DNA of 63,734 nucleotides, the filler included, from Rhabdomonas costata (taxonomy: Eukaryota): assembly GCA_019059605.1 (NCBI GenBank). It is 29 parts of 29 records of this genome, joined end to end, with 100 filler letters (N's around TTAATTAATTAA, not from the genome) between each part and the next. Parts side by side here need not be neighbours in the genome. Positions count along the whole stretch, not along the records: positions 61,636 to 63,734 come from JAHMHO010005655.1; 28 more parts are not named here. One strand, 5' to 3'. The position numbers and the translations under genes were made by a program. The notes under the pieces are model-generated. The model saw only the letters and a program-made list of their open reading frames with translations. It had not been told where the DNA came from and did not search any database. This document shows, piece by piece, positions 62,239 to 63,734 of the stretch; position 1 is the first letter of the stretch; each line of letters starts with the position of its first letter.

Positions 62239-63638
62239 GCTATGCCGGGCGAGTGGAGCTCCCGGACAACCTGAAGGCGCTGTTCCGGCCCTGTGTGATG
62301 GTGGTGCCGGACATGGAGATCATCTGCGAGATCATGCTCTTCTCCGAGGGCTTCAAGACGGCCCGGGTGCTGGCCAAGAAGATGGTCAGCCTGTACAGCC
62401 TGGCCCGCGGCCAGCTCTCTAAGCAGTATCACTACGACTGGGGCCTGCGCGCGCTGAAGTCCGTGCTGGTGATGGCAGGCGCGCTGAAGCGCGGGGAGCC
62501 GGACAAACCCGAGGACGTGGTGCTGATGCGCGCGCTGCGCGACATGAACGCCCCTAAGTTCGTGTTCGAGGACGTGCCGCTGTTTCACGGGCTGATCAAC
62601 GACCTGTTCCCGGACATGGACGTGGAGCGGGTGGCCCACGAGACCCTGGCCAAGGCAGTGCAGGTCGACCTCAAGGCGAAGGGCTTCCAGATCCTCCCCG
62701 TGCAGGTCGATAAGGTGGTGCAGCTCTACGAGGTGAGCGTGTGTGTGTGTGTTAATGTTCACGGCCAGGAAGGTTTCCTGAGGTGGTCCTAATAGGCGAA
62801 GGCCTTTGTTGAAGGGGAGGTCAGCACCTCCAAACCATTGGCCTTGGAGTACCAAGGACAAAGAAGAAATTCAGAACACTCTGGCGTCTGAGCGTCTTGG
62901 ACAACGAAAACACAGGAAACGCACAGCTGAGACAATTGTAGCCAACGGTTTGCCTGTGTCAACCGCACCCTCAGTAGTTTCACCTGTCTAAGATATCGTC
63001 CAAATATTTATGCCACGACAGTCTAGAAATAGTAGCTGCTCCCGCAGACCAGAAGTCCTTTTCAAATGTCTTAGAGAGACTTACACTCTTGACAAAATAC
63101 TTGCTAACTGGCTGTAACCCCGTGCTTCGGGGTTTGCGGGTACGGTGTGCGTGCCATTCAACCTACTCCCTCCCTCCGTCTCTGTTAGTACGGTGCACGT
63201 GTTTGGGGTGAGCTGTTATGTTAACTCTAACCCGCGGTAACCTGCAGCACAGTAGAAGGGACTGGTAGACTACTTCATTCCCTCACCAGAGTTGTTCTGC
63301 TCTTTTTCTGTCACACTCTTACTCAGACGATGCAGACCCGCCACACCACGATGGTGGTGGGGCCGACGGGGGGAGGCAAGTCGGTGATCATCCGGACCCT
63401 CCAGAACGCGCAGACCGACCTGAAGCTCCCCACGAGGCTGTTCACGGTGAACGCCAAGGCCCAGGGCGTCAGCGAGCTGTACGGCGTGCTGGACGCCACC
63501 ACCCGCACGTGGACGGATGGGATCTTCAGCAACATCTTCCGTGCCATCAACCGGGTCTCCGACCGCGAGGGCGCCGACCGCGAGCGCAAGTACGTCGTCT
63601 TCGACGGTGACGTCGACGCGCTGTGGGTGGAGAACATG
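62239..63638 (+). CDS. DNAH10: Axonemal dynein heavy chain, inner-arm I1-alpha/DNAH10-like, AAA1-AAA2 region (exons 62239-62732, 63327-63638)
   Basis: [67 protein letters not shown] intron. Confidence 0.9.
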
Positions 63639-63734
63639 GTGTGTGCACGCGTGTATGTATGTGGTCAATACGTTCACTTTTACATGTCTGTCAACTTTTT
63701 GTGGCATCTGCACTGCATTTGAATCCCCACAAAC

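Noticed and set aside
1..63734. Most ORFs in the supplied six-frame track, and gene neighbourhoods across contigs
   Set aside because: Mostly antisense shadows, intron read-through or ORFs running into Ns; adjacency across spacers is artificial.

Overview
This window is not one continuous locus. It is 29 unrelated contigs of about 2.1 kb, joined by an artificial 100-nt spacer (N44-TTAATTAATTAA-N44, stops in all six frames), so nothing can be inferred across spacers. The DNA is from an intron-rich, flagellated eukaryote: it has an axonemal dynein, TTAGGG repeats and loose GT/GC-AG donors. A euglenid or other euglenozoan is plausible but unproven. G/T-only contig starts and A/C-only ends point to whole-genome-amplified material. 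Splicing by hand recovers partial genes for a TM-anchored P-loop GTPase, DEAH helicase, F-box/ankyrin protein, divergent sirtuin, DAK2 domain, topoisomerase III-alpha, kelch and S/T-rich surface proteins, calcineurin A, a degenerate cyclase domain, a PP2C-like protein, a complete DUF6787-like gene, a MAP2K-like kinase, a PP1-motif protein and a DNAH10-like dynein. Mobile DNA includes a CRE-clade non-LTR retrotransposon, a decayed Ty3/Gypsy integrase and a decayed A32-like packaging ATPase (Polinton-like virus). I found no convincing intact novel multi-gene system. The best leads are the viral ATPase relics, enzymes with altered catalytic motifs, atypical splice sites, a tRNA-like tandem repeat and three strand-skewed 3-periodic tracts. 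Family calls come from recalled motifs; no searches were run.
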